A stretch of 64,000 nt of DNA. Origin: Lama glama (lineage: Eukaryota). The position numbers were made by a program, and so were the translations under genes. The DNA is taken from NCBI GenBank assembly GCA_028534125.1, contig CM052821.1, positions 53,630,001 to 53,694,000 on the forward strand, written 5' to 3'. Below the pieces are notes generated by a model. The model saw nothing but the letters and a program-made list of their open reading frames with translations. It was not told where the DNA came from and made no database searches. How positions within the stretch are numbered: the first letter of the stretch is position 1; the number at the start of each line of letters is the position of its first letter. This document shows positions 34,645 through 46,250 of this stretch, piece by piece.

Positions 34645-34915
34645 AACAGGGTCCCCTCCACCCTCACGCTTGGCACTGTGGGTGGCTGGCTCTGGATGAC
34701 TCTTTATGGCGGGGCTGTCCTGTGTGTTGTGGGGTGTTGATCAGCACCCCTGGGCTCTACCCACTAGATTCCAATAGCATCCTGCTCTCTACCAGTTGGA
34801 ACAACCAAAAATGTCTGCAGGCGTGGCTGCACATCCCCTGGGAGGAGGTGCGGGCGTGGCTGCACATCCCCTGGGAGGAGGTGCGGGAGACGCAGCTGCT
34901 CTGCTGAGAACCCTG
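34645..34915 (+). mobile_element. MER20 with internal 33-bp tandem duplication
   Basis: ggggctgtcctgtgtgttgtggggtgttgatcagcacccctgggctctacccactagat...caaccaaaaatgtc...tgagaaccctg. Confidence 0.8.
34820..34885. repeat. Perfect 33-bp tandem duplication
   Basis: ggcgtggctgcacatcccctgggaggaggtgcg x2. Confidence 0.95.
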
Positions 34916-36162
34916 CTCTAGGCCTGCAGGAGTGCTCAAAACCGGATTTCTCTTAACTGTGTGGCAGGCTTTTGTTGTGCCTTGGACCTGCTTTTCCCTG
35001 GGCCCTAACCTCCCTGCCTTACTATTTTGCTCAATAGCTCCTCTTGGGGCTTACTTTGCTGTGTAAGGTTCTGCTGGCCCCTGTAGCTCTGTGGCCTTGA
35101 GAAGAACTGGCCTGGTCAGCACCTGGAGCTGAGAGCTGAAGGGTGAAGGGGACGTGAAGTGTGGGGAGAGTGTTGGACAGAGAGCAGCAGGTGCCGAGGC
35201 CCAGGGGCCGGCGGTGCTGAGAGGCTGTCAAGAAGTCAGTGGAGGCCGGAAAGGCTGGAGTGGAGGGTGTCGGGGAGAGCTGGGGAAGGAGGCTACAGAG
35301 GGCGGCCACGGGGGAGGATGCCGGCCTTGATCGCAGGAGTGATGGGATGCTGCTGAGGGCCCTCATCAGGGACATCACAATGGACCGCCATGTGGTCCCC
35401 TGCGTGTTACCTGCAGCATCTCTCTGAAGCATCAGGTCTAAACATAGTTGGTCAGGTTTTAAATTTTGCTGTGGTGAAGCCTCTGTCGCTCAAAGTCATT
35501 TCATTCCCACCGACATGGACAGGGTACCAGCCGTGGGAGCTTAGGCGGGCCCCGGGTGCTGGTCATCGCCACCTGCAGGTCCTGGGGGCCCTGGCTCCCA
35601 CCTGGAGCCCGCACTGTGTCTCTTTCCTTTCCTTTTAATGCCCCTGTCAGCTTTGTTCTGCGCCGTGTCTGGTCCTGTGGGTCTCGCCCCTCTGCCAGCC
35701 CCTTCCCCAGCACCATGTCTCCCCATCCTTACGCGCTCGTTGGAGCCGTGGTCCATGGATCAGGCCAGAACGCGGAGGGAAGAACAAACAGATAAACAGA
35801 AAAAGACACGTGTGAACAGTTTGCCATGAGACATCTTCTTTTTTTTTCCCGGTTCTTTCTAAGATTTGTCTCCGTACCTCCTTACGCAGCAGCGAGCTTT
35901 CTCAGAGTGATGGTGGATGAGGGAGCTTTTCCCACAGATCCAATTCAGGCCTGTGTGCATGTCCCCAAAAGATGGGAGTGGACACCCCATCGCCTCCCGG
36001 AAGGCAGGTCCATGCATCGGCCGCCCGCCTGGACTGCTGCAGGGCCGTTTGGTCTGGGCTTACTGAGAGGACCACGGGGGTCTCTGCTCTCAGCACCCCC
36101 ATCTGTGTGAGGGAAGCCGCCCGCCCCCACTGACTCTAACCTGACTGTCCTCTGTCCCCCAG

Positions 36163-36233
36163 AGGAGAACGAGGAACGCAGGGTGATCGACCCCACCTCC
36201 AGGGACGACCCCAGATTCAAGGAGCTGGTCAAG
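36163..36233 (+). CDS. PARVB: beta-parvin exon 3 (71 nt): (E)ENEERRVIDPTSRDDPRFKELVK
   Basis: Acceptor ctgtcctctgtcccccag|AG; donor AAG|gtgagg; in frame with exons 2 and 4. Confidence 0.97.
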
Positions 36234-39200
36234 GTGAGGATGAGGGTCTTGGTCGGTCTATCCCTGGTAGGGCAGATCTTGGGGTTCAGGCTCTTGTGGG
36301 CAAAAGAGCAAAGCCTGGGGGCTGGTCCAGGGGCCTCAATGCTGCGTTCCGGGGAGGGTGAGGAGGCTGGATGGCCCGGAGTGCCTCCCAGGGGCCCAGC
36401 CCCACCCTTGAGGCTTGGAGCAGCCGGAGTGAACTCACGTCACCTTGCAGAATGGTGTTCAGGGCGGTCCCGCTCTTGCTGGAGCACAGAGGTGGGGGGA
36501 GTCCAGAGGAGGCTCTGAAAAGCGGGCACGTGGGCCCCTCCGGCCAGCCCTGCTCATCCTCCTCTCATGTTGCTGCCCCTGCCTGCTCTGGCCGGTGGTC
36601 AGATTCTGAAAGTCCTGGAAGCGAGGACGGGCAGGGCGGGGTGGGGCTCTGTGGCTCTTCGCTGGGGCTGTCGGGGGGGGCGGGTGAGGGGCTGGGGGGG
36701 GGGCAGCCCTCTTATCCGTGGTGGTTTCTCAAGCTCCAGCTCAGCGTCGAGGCTTTATTCCAATGTCTATCCGTGTCCGCGTGCAAACTGCAGTTTTGAT
36801 GGCTCTGACTGAGTCACAATAGGGCTTCAAAGGTAACCCTGGTCAGACCCGACGCCAGGTCTGGGGCAGGCAGCCGTGGAAAACGCCCACCTCTGCAGCC
36901 CCAGCCAGCCCAGCGGACCCCTGGCTTTGATGACAGCGCGCGCCACAGACAACTTCTCTTAAAAGGACGTTTTCAGAAGTTTCTTCACCTTGACCGTGGC
37001 TGTTGGGCCTGACGTGGAGCACGACTGCCTTCTCACAGGGCTGGCTCCGGACAAACAAAACCTTCGCGTGTTTCACCTTTTAAAAAACTGAAATGGAAAA
37101 TGTCATTTTGGGGCCCATCCCGAAATGTTGATTCTCAACAACTTAAATTGCTGAGTTTATTTTGTTAAGAATTTTTTTTCTCCCCTGGATACCCACTTTG
37201 GTATTCTGAACAGAAGAATGTTGGTGAGGAAGGTGATCTTGTCTTTCAGGCACCAGAGTGTTCTCCACAGGCCACGTCTACGTAGTAAAAGGGGTGCTCT
37301 GTGTCTGTCAGGGCTCTGCAGAGAAGCGGAGCCAGTGGGTGCAGCTCTGTATCCGTCTGTCTGTCTGTCTATAGAGATTTATTCCAAGGATGGGCGCACG
37401 TGACTGGAGGCTGAGTCCCGCCAGCCCAGCTCCTTGTCCCGGCCGGACGCTTTCTCTCAGCTTGCACTGCCTGGAACCGTTGTGTGTTTATTTGCTTGGT
37501 TTCGGTCTTCCTCCTCCATCTAGAATCTACTTCCCACGCAGTCGGAGACTGTCAGCATTTTGCTCCCAGGGGAGTCCCCGTGTCAGGAGGTTGCCTGCGC
37601 ACAGCGGTGCTGAATGAGGGAGCAGGGCTGGCAGTGCCCACCCGAGGTTGTGCCTCAGGACCAGCCAGGAGGGCGTGCGGCCCGCAGACAAGGCAGGCTG
37701 CTGCCCCACCCCAGACCTCCAGGGTCCGAGTCTTGGGAAGGGGGCCCTGGGAGGATGCGGTGGGGGGGGACCTGTGAGCTGGATGCTGATATAGGTGGTC
37801 CCCAGAGCCGCCGTGGGGACCCAGGGGTGCGGATGACCTGTCCTGGTGGTTCAGACAGAACACCTCCATCCACGTTACCTGCGCGATCCTTGCTGCTATT
37901 CAGAATGTCCGTCTTGGCTGTTGGCTCTGATTATCCAACCTCCGACTGATTAAATCTGAGGAGGTCCCAGCAAAGGCCGCCTCCCAGGGGATCCCTATAG
38001 GGATTTGACCCAGAAACAGTTGTTTTTGGTGCAGAGTGTGAACCTGATCAAGTCAGGGTGAGGTCCAGCTGACATCCTCACTGCTGGCACGTCCCAGCCT
38101 TGGGACCAGCGCGACCTTTCTGAGGAACCACAGCCAGTCTGCTTGCTTTCTTTCTCTGTTCTCCATCATCTGTACTTTTTTTTACCTCTTGTCTTGGCCC
38201 CTGTCCTGTCTCCCTCTGTAGCTTTACTCCTGCTGATCCTGACGCCTCAGGACTGTCACTATTTAAAATATTGTTAACTGACCTCTGCTTCCTGTTTTAA
38301 AAAAAAAAAAACACGCTGGCTCTGGCTAAGCCAGGCATTACTTGAAACATTCTCCGAGCATCTCTTGTGTGTAATGCAGTGTTACGGGTTGCAGGGGCTT
38401 GGTGGGCTCTGGAGTTGGCTTCCTGGATTCAAATCCTGGCTCGGATTAAAGTGGGAGAACAGTAGTGCCCATCTGCAAGCGTGAGGATGACATCAGATGC
38501 GACTCCCTGTCCTCAAGGTGCCAGGTGCTGGAGCCGGGGCGCAAACAGGGTGGAGCCGGAACGGAGGTCCACGGGCAGGTCTGTGGTTCGAGTTTAGACG
38601 TGAGCACATGTATCCTGTGGGTTCAAGAATGCAAAGACCTAGCCTGTCTCCTCTTTGCTGGGGTTTCGTCCTGTGGTCATTTTCGCTAGCATCCTCCAGA
38701 AATGCCCTGAGTCTCTTCCAGGGTGAACAGCTGGTGCTGCCCGGGGAAGATAGCAGTTTACAGATGAGATCCTTTATATGTTTAATGACCCTTGAAAGAA
38801 GGAATGGCAGACGTCATGCTTTCCAGAGTGAAGATCCAGAGAGGGGCCTCCGCACGTGAGCATGCTGGTCCAAGGCAGGCTGGTCGGGTCACCGGGGTAC
38901 CCGTTCCTCCCCACCAGCAGATTTCACGTCTCCTCTCCCAGTTTATTGGACCAGACTCTGCCGGGTTGTTAAGTTCTGTTTTCTCCCTCCCTTTGTCCCC
39001 ATGAAGAAAGCTGCGTGGAGACAGTCTGGGCGGAAGACGGCGTTGTCACCGCCGGGGGGGGGGGGGGAGACACCCCGTGCCGCGTCTGGCGCTGCACCTG
39101 GCTGGGATGGCCTGCTGCCTGTTGCAATAAGCCTGCGTCCTCAGTGTATTAAGCCACTACAAGCCTGTTTGGACGTGATTAAAACATCACTGTCATGGCT

Positions 39201-40242
39201 TTGGGGGAGACAGGCTGCAGATCCTGATTATCATTCAGAAGGAACTCCGGGAAATTTTGTATTCTGGTTAAAGCAAGCTTGAAAAAGTTCCCTGCAAAGA
39301 GCACTGTGCCGAGGGCATCATTGGTCTACGTCCTAGACATGTGCCTGCAGGAGTCGGGGTGTGCAAATGAGTATGTCCCTAAAATCATGACCGATGCCAT
39401 GTTTAAAAAGTCTTTTGTGAAACAGGGGATTGAGATGGACGACCTGGGCAGTGCGAGGCCAGGGTGATGATGTGGCCAGGAGGGGGCTGCACCTCTGCAG
39501 GGGCGGCCGTGAACCTGGGCCGTGGATCTGTGTCTGCTTCCCAGAGCTGACCTCCGCGGCCTGTTGTATGCAGTTTGCCTTTCATCCCTGTCTGCCTGTT
39601 GTTTTTATATTTGGACTTTGACCAGGTCAGAAATCCAGATGGGACTTTTTAAGTTGTAGTTTCTTCATAGCAGAAACATCTCTGGAGTCTTTTCCGACAG
39701 GACTGTGCTCTGGGCGAGGCAGCCTCTGGAACCAGGTGTCTGTGTGCCCGAGAGAACCTTCAAGGTCTGGGCAGCTCTGCAGCTGATTTGAGCATCTTCC
39801 ACGGGTCTGTCCCTGGTGTAGCCCCTGGGGCTTAGCCCTTGGGGCTGTGGCATTGAGCAGAGAAAGGCCCCACCCTCGTGGGGCTGACAGCCCAGCTCGG
39901 GGAAGACACGTGGAGGGACGAGTGCTTCTGTGACCGGGAGGTGTGAGTGCTTGGAAGGAAGCTAAAGCAAGAAGCAGGATGGTTTCCTCTCCCCTCTGCT
40001 TTAGTCGCTGAGCAGAGACCTGCTCACTGGTACCCAGGGGGAGTGTGTGACTGGCAAGGCGGCAGTGGGTGCAGAGGCGCCATGGGATGCACGCTCTGGC
40101 CTGTGTGAGGGCCAGTGAGGAGGGCAGTGTGGCTGGAGCCTAGAGAACAGGGACGAGGGTGGTCAGAGGTCAGATCAGAGATGGGGAGGGTGAGACATGA
40201 TGCTTGACTCCCTGGGGGTTGGTGGAGTGGGGGTGGGGACCG

Positions 40243-40259
40243 GCTCCCTCTAGTGGCCG
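40243..40259 (-). promoter_or_regulatory. CTCF consensus motif
   Basis: Reverse complement is CGGCCACTAGAGGGAGC. Confidence 0.55.
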
Positions 40260-40599
40260 TGGGAGGACCAGCTGGGCTCGGGGCCTGGTCCGCCCTTCAT
40301 GCAGGGGCCCTTCCCTGCGAGCAGCTGTGACACCCAGCTGCCCTACTTAGGGCAGAGACTAGGTCACGTTTCTTTCTACATGCAGCACCTACGGTGGTGT
40401 CCCTGTACACCAAGTGCTGCTGGCGATGCCGAGGCCATCAGAAAGGGGCTCGTGACATGCTGTGAACTCCCGAGACGCGCTGCTGACGTCTGTGTAGATC
40501 ACGGTGGTTGGTTAGCACTACTGACTGGACAGTCACCCAGATCCTCCGAAGAGCCCTGCAGAGGCAGATGCAAGCACCTGCATCCTAGAGATTAACTTT

Positions 40600-42140
40600 C
40601 ATGACAGGTTTATTGAGGTAGAATTCACACACTGTACAATTCAGTGGCGACTGGCATACTCCCAGAGTTTGTTCAACCACCACCTCAGTCAATTTAAGAA
40701 CATTTTCATCACCCCCAAAACAAACTCCATTCCCGTCAGCACTCAGACCCTATTTCCCTGCTTCCTGGTCCCTAACAACCACTTTATCTCTATAGAATTT
40801 TTCTGTCTCTGTAATTTACATGTTCTGGGTATTTCATATAAGGGGAATCATACAATATGTGACTTTTGTGTCAGGCTTCATTCATTTGGCATTGTGTTTT
40901 TAAGATTCATCCATATTGAAGCATGTATCAGAATGTCATTCCTTTTTATAGCCGAATAATATTCCACCACATAGACATACCACAGTGTGTTTATCCATTC
41001 TTTGTTGATGGCATTTAGATTGTTTCCACATCTTGATTATTTTGAATAGTGCTGCTACGAACATTGGAGGGTACGAGGTTTTGTGTGAACTTATGTTTTC
41101 CGTTCTTTTTGGCGTGTACCTGGTGTGAAATTGCTGAGTCCTATGGTGATTCTGTGTTTAACCTTTTGAGTAATTGCCAGACTGTTTCCATAGTGGCTGC
41201 ACCATTTTACATCCCCCCCAGCAGTGTATGAAGTTTCTTTCAATTTCTCTGCATCCTTGGCTACACTTTATTGTACGTCTTTTTGATTATCGCTACCCCA
41301 GTGGNNNNNNNNNNNNNNNNNNNNNNNNNNNNNNNNNNNNNNNNNNNNNNNNNNNNNNNNNNNNNNNNNNNNNNNNNNNNNNNNNNNNNNNNNNNNNNNN
41401 NNNNNNNNNNNNNNNNNNNNNNNNNNNNNNNNNNNNNNNNNNNNNNNNNNNNNNNNNNNNNNNATTACTGGGTTTCAAGTGTTCTTTATATATTCTAGAT
41501 ACAAATCCTTTATCAGATGTGTGATTTGCAAAGTCTTCTCCCATTCTGTAGGTTGTCTTTGCAGTGTTTTGATAGTATCTTTTGAAGTACAAATGTTCTA
41601 AATTGTAAGTCCAGTTTATCTATTTTTTGTTTGTTGCTTGTGCTTTTGGTGTTATAGCTAAGAAATCATTACATAATCCAAGGTCATGAAGATACATCTC
41701 CATGTTTTCTAAGAGTTTTTAAGTTTAGTTCTTACACTGAGGTCTCTGATCCATTTTGAGTTAATTTTTGTATATAGTGTAAAGTAAGGGTCCAAGTTTA
41801 TTCTTTTGCAGTGGATGTCCAGTTGTCCCAGCACCACTTGATGAGACTATTTTCCACCAGTGAATTGTCCTAGCCCCCTTATGGACGTCAGTTGACTGTA
41901 ATGTGAGGTTTATTTCTGACCTCGTGTCTAGTCCATTGGTCTCTGTGTCTACCTTTTTTTGATGCCAGTACCATACGTTTTGGTTACTCTAGCTTTGTAG
42001 TGAGGTTCGAGATCAGGAAGTGTGAGTTCTCCAACTTCTTTCTTCTTTTTCAAGATTGTTTTGGCTTTTGGGGATCTCTTGACTTTCCATTTGCATTATA
42101 AGATTTGCTTGTCAAGTTGTGCAAAAAGAAGCCATCTGGA
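40600..42140 (-). mobile_element. L1MB LINE-1, ~1.5 kb 3' portion including degenerate ORF2 end (spans gap 41305-41463)
   Basis: tttattgaggtagaattcacac...gaacattttcatcacccc...tctagatacaaatcctttatcagat...ccaacttctttcttctttttcaagattgttttggc. Confidence 0.9.
41305..41463. other. Assembly gap (159 N)
   Basis: N run inside an L1. Confidence 1.
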
Positions 42141-42433
42141 TAGTGATTAATTTTTATAAATGGCATCTATTATTATTTTTTCTAATTACCAAAGTAATAT
42201 ACACTGCTGAAAACCTGGAAGACAGAAAAAGCAAATAGAAGGCAGCGGAAATTTAAAAATTTTTGTCCCTCCAGGCTTTTTTTTCCTCTTGTGTATTCAG
42301 CTTTTCTTTTGCAAAATTTGGAACCATTCCAGAGTTGATAAATGTCTGGGAGCACATTTGGATTCGTACCTTGGGAGAAGCTTCTGGAACTGAGATTCCT
42401 GGGTCGCGTAGCACACACAGGGATGGGGGTTGC

Positions 42434-42565
42434 TTTGTCTTTTTTGGGGGGACAGAGTTAGGTTTCTTTATGTATTTGTTATTTATTAAATGGAGGTACT
42501 GGGAATTGAACCCGCGACCTCCTGCATGCTAAGCACACAGCCTACCACTGAGCTGTACCCTCCCC
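42434..42565 (-). mobile_element. Vic-1-type SINE
   Basis: tggaggtactgggaattgaacccgcgacctcctgcatgctaagcac...ctaccactgagctgtaccctcccc. Confidence 0.9.
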
Positions 42566-42764
42566 TACTGTGTGTTCTTTTGTTCAAGTCTGTGCAGGCA
42601 TCCGGTTTATGTTTCAGAGAAATGCCTTAAGTGATGTCAGCCAAGTGGAGCTCTGTTCGGTGGGAATCCTATTTCTCCGCAGATTTTTCGCAATCGAAGC
42701 TGTCTTCTTTTATGGTACATTACTCAGTGAACTGAATGCACACCTTGCTGAGAAGAGGCTGGTC

Positions 42765-43307
42765 TAGAGAAATGAACACAGGTGCCCACATGCAACTTGG
42801 ATGCCCGCGTACATAGCAACACTGCTCATAACAGCCGAAAAGTGGTGACATCCCGAATGTCCCCAGCTGGTGAATGGATCCGAGAAGTGCGCCTCTCCAT
42901 ACAGTGAAATTGAGCCCTGAGGTGGAAGGAAGCCCTGACTCATGCTATCACCTGGTGAACCTTGAAAACATCTTGATGAGTGAAAGAATCCAGATGAGAA
43001 GATCATGTGTGATGGGATTCCATTCATATGATGTATCCAGAGCAACTACATCCAGCGAGAAAGTGGTTCTGTGGCTGGAGTGAGCTGGCGAGGGGAGGAT
43101 GGAGAGTGACTGCTGATGGGGTGGAGTTTCCTTTGGGGGATGGAAATGTTTTGGCAGGGAGGGTATAGCTCAGTGGTAGAGCATGTGCTTAGAATGCACG
43201 AGGTCCTGGGTTCAATCCCTAGTACCTCCATTAAAAAAAAAAACTGTAAAAAAAGGGTGAATTGCATGGAATATGAATTCTATGTCAATAAAGCCGTGAA
43301 AAAAATA
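42765..43307 (+). mobile_element. L1MB 3' fragment interrupted by a SINE and lacking ~65 bp at the insertion point
   Basis: agagaaatgaacaca...gaaccttgaaaacat...ctttgggggatggaaatgttttgg [SINE] aaaagggtgaattgcatgg...caataaagc. Confidence 0.85.
43157..43250 (+). mobile_element. Vic-1-type SINE with intact Pol III A and B boxes
   Basis: gggagggtatagctcagtggtagagcatgtgcttagaatgcacgaggtcctgggttcaatccctagtacctcca plus poly-A. Confidence 0.92.
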
Positions 43308-43842
43308 GCATGCCGCTGAGAGTAGCATCTCGCTGGTGAGTAACACCCGCACAGAAACCCCTTTCTCGCCAGAGCTCTGGGCTCAGGGTGATGGGGGAAG
43401 GTTTGGGTGCAGGTATTAAGGGAGAGAATTCTGTTATTTGTTATGTTATGATGGGCGGGATCTGTGTCGTCCGGCCCATAGCAGGCATGTTACTGATGGT
43501 TCCTCATTTAATCTCCGCTCCTCGTCCACGCTGTGATGAACAGATCATCACTTTTTTTGGCTAAGACTCTGCACCCACTCAGGTCCCCGCTAGGAGGAGG
43601 CCAGTCCCACCATGGTGCTACCCTCCACCTGCTGTCCTGTGAATCCCACGGGGGTCCCGGCAGCCCGGGGTCGGGGGGCCCTGCAGGCTGGGAGAACCTG
43701 CCTTTCCCCTTGGGCTCACCCGGCCCTGCACTGGGGCGTCTCGGTGTCCAGCAGCCCTCAGTTCCTGCACTTGCTCTGGTCACTGCCTGGTCCTCAGGGC
43801 ACAGCTCAGTGGTCGAGTCTACCACACCTGTCCATCCTGCAG

Positions 43843-43945
43843 GTTCTCATCGACTGGATCAATGACGTTCTGGTGGAGGAGCGGATCATCGTGAAGCAGC
43901 TGGAGGAGGACCTGTATGATGGGCAGGTGCTGCAGAAGCTCCTGG
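43843..43945 (+). CDS. PARVB: beta-parvin exon 4 (103 nt), start of CH1 domain: VLIDWINDVLVEERIIVKQLEEDLYDGQVLQKLL
   Basis: Acceptor tgtccatcctgcag|GTT; donor G|gtgagt; calponin-homology motifs WIN and DLYDG. Confidence 0.98.
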
Positions 43946-45379
43946 GTGAGTGCACGGAAGGGTGGGCCCAGCCCCTGCAAAGGGCCACAGCGAGGGGTGG
44001 CCCCAGGCTGGACTGCACGATTCTCTACGTGGCGACATCGGTTACTCATCCAGAGAGTAGACTTAAGCCACAGCCCTGAGCCCACAGCTCCCAGGGCTTC
44101 GTTTGGGTTCCAGGTCACCTGACCTCTCCTAGTCTCTCAGGTGGGCGTCCCCCAGAGCTCCAGCCATGGGCCACACATAGCTTCCAGAAGCACCTGCGGC
44201 CTCTGTGCTGTTGGGTGCACGTGTCCAAGGGGCGCCGTGTCCTCTCTGGGTCAGCCCTCCCTGCCAGCCTTGTGCCCGTCCAGCTCTGAGCACCTCCAGG
44301 CCTGTGCTGGCTCATTCAGGCTGGGAGATGCCGGAGCGGGGCAGGTCCTCAGCTGTGCCCTTGAGGGACATGATCTGGGGGTGGGGGAGGCGAGAAAGGA
44401 GACTGACTTGCCGACGCTCTTTTCATGTCTGTCCACCGGGGACAAGTTCCTCAGTGGAATGTACGTAGAGCACTTAACACGGTGCTGGGCACACGTCCTG
44501 GAGTCAGGACAGGGTCGTTAACAACAATAGAGGCAAAGACAAAGAAATGAGGGGTCAGAGCAGGGCTGGAGGGTCCCCAGAGTCCCCCTGAGTAACGGGC
44601 TCACGGTAACTACGTGTTGACCAAGTCAGTGAAGAAAGCCCTGTGGTTTCGTTTCCTGCAAGGACGAAGGCTCTTTTCACAGGAAATGAAAAGGCAGCAG
44701 GTAGGTGAGGCTTTTTCTGACTCTGTTGGACGTTGGCACCATCCAGATGCTCCAGGAGAGATGAGCTGTCTGCTGGACAGTGTCTCAGTCCCCAGGAAGC
44801 TCTGATGTCCCCAGATCCCTGCAAGGTGGCGTGGAGGGCTCGGTGTCCCCTTGCCAATTTGGATCACTCCCTTGCCAAAGGGCTGTGGTCGGCCCCGCCC
44901 CCCAGCATCAGTGGGGCCGGCGGACCTGCTGATCCTGGTGGAGGGGGCTCCCTAGCACACCGCCTGGAGGGTCCCTCCTTCCAGGCAGGTCTAGCCTTGG
45001 GGGTGCTTTTCACGGGGAGAGACACCAGAGGGGAAGCAGTCAGGCAGGGGCTGGGGCAGGAGGGGAGCATCCCAGGGAGGGGTGACCTGGGACCACGGAA
45101 CGCAGCCCCTGCAGCCATGTGGGCTGTGGCCTTGGCTGAGCATCCACGCCCTTCCTCGGACCGGGTGCCTCGGGGCAGGGTTTGCACACACTCAGCACAG
45201 TGGCTCTTACAGACGGCCTGAGCTTGGAGGGCACCTGTGGGGCTGTGGGGAGAGGAACCGGGTCACGTAACTGGCTTTGACGACATGGTGATTGATGGCT
45301 CACACATTATTCTGTCCTTATTCAGTCAGTCCTCAAATGGCACATTAGAAGGGACCAGATTTTGTGTTTATTTTGGTCA

Positions 45380-46250
45380 TCCCTTCATTCGTTGAACAGA
45401 TATTCTCTGGCCTACTATGTGGCAGGTGTGGCTCTGGACCCTGGAGACTGGTGACAGAGGGAGGAGATCTTCTTGTCCCCAGCGCCAACACACATCTGGC
45501 AGAAGGGAGAAGGAGAGCCGTTACAGGGTGGTTCATCCTAAAGCAAATAGATGCTTTAGGAGAGTGACAGGCACTAGGGAGAAAATCAGAGCGGGGTGGA
45601 GGGGCTGAGTTGGGTGGAGGGGCTGGGCAGTCCGGGCCAGCCCTCCGGGGAGCTGACATTCAAGCAGACATCTGCACGGTTGGCATGGAAAGAACATTCC
45701 AGGCTGGGACCCTGAAGTGAGGAAGAGTCTGTGGTGTTTAGAGTGGCGGAAGGAGGCTGCAGGAGGCGGGAGTGGACAGATGGGGCCAGATCCTGTCCGG
45801 CCCTTGTAGACGAAGGCTTTTATTCCAAGTGACAGGAAGCCAGCAGAGGTTTTGAGCAGGGCCGTGACCTGATCTGAGTTAGAGTTTTAGAAGGTCGCCT
45901 GGGCTTCTGGGTGCGGGATGGATGAGGAGAGGGTCAGGAGCGGGAGCTGAGAGGTCAGTCAGGACACTGCCGCGGCAGCCCAGGCACTGGATGCAGTGGC
46001 TCGGTCCAGGATGGAGGTGCGGACTTGGGGAGGTATTTTGGAGGTTAAAGCTGTCCGAGGCATCAAGGCTGATGGCCAGGTTTGTGGCCTGAAGAAACTG
46101 GTGAATGAGGAAGCCCTTGGGACTAGCATCGGGGGTGGGGAATGAGGAGGGAGGTGTTGTAGCCCACCTGAGTCAGCTGTGGGGTAAGGGTGGAGGTTGG
46201 CAGTGCAGAGATGTTTAATGCTGTGGGACTGATGGCCTCACCTGGAGACG
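45380..46250 (-). mobile_element. L2 LINE fragment (other L2 remnants at ~14290-14400, 19760-19900, 23670-24130, 56480-56870, 59600-60060, 62870-63540)
   Basis: ttcattcgttgaacagatatt...cctactatgtggcagg...agaacattccaggc...ggttttgagcaggg...gacctgatctgagtt. Confidence 0.7.

Noticed and set aside
34820-34885. Possible CRISPR-like direct repeat
   Set aside because: Eukaryotic DNA; two adjacent copies with no spacer.
41293-41592. ORF resembling the L1 ORF2 C-terminus (FANHTSDKGFVSRIYKE)
   Set aside because: Degenerate L1 remnant spanning an N gap; not a host gene.
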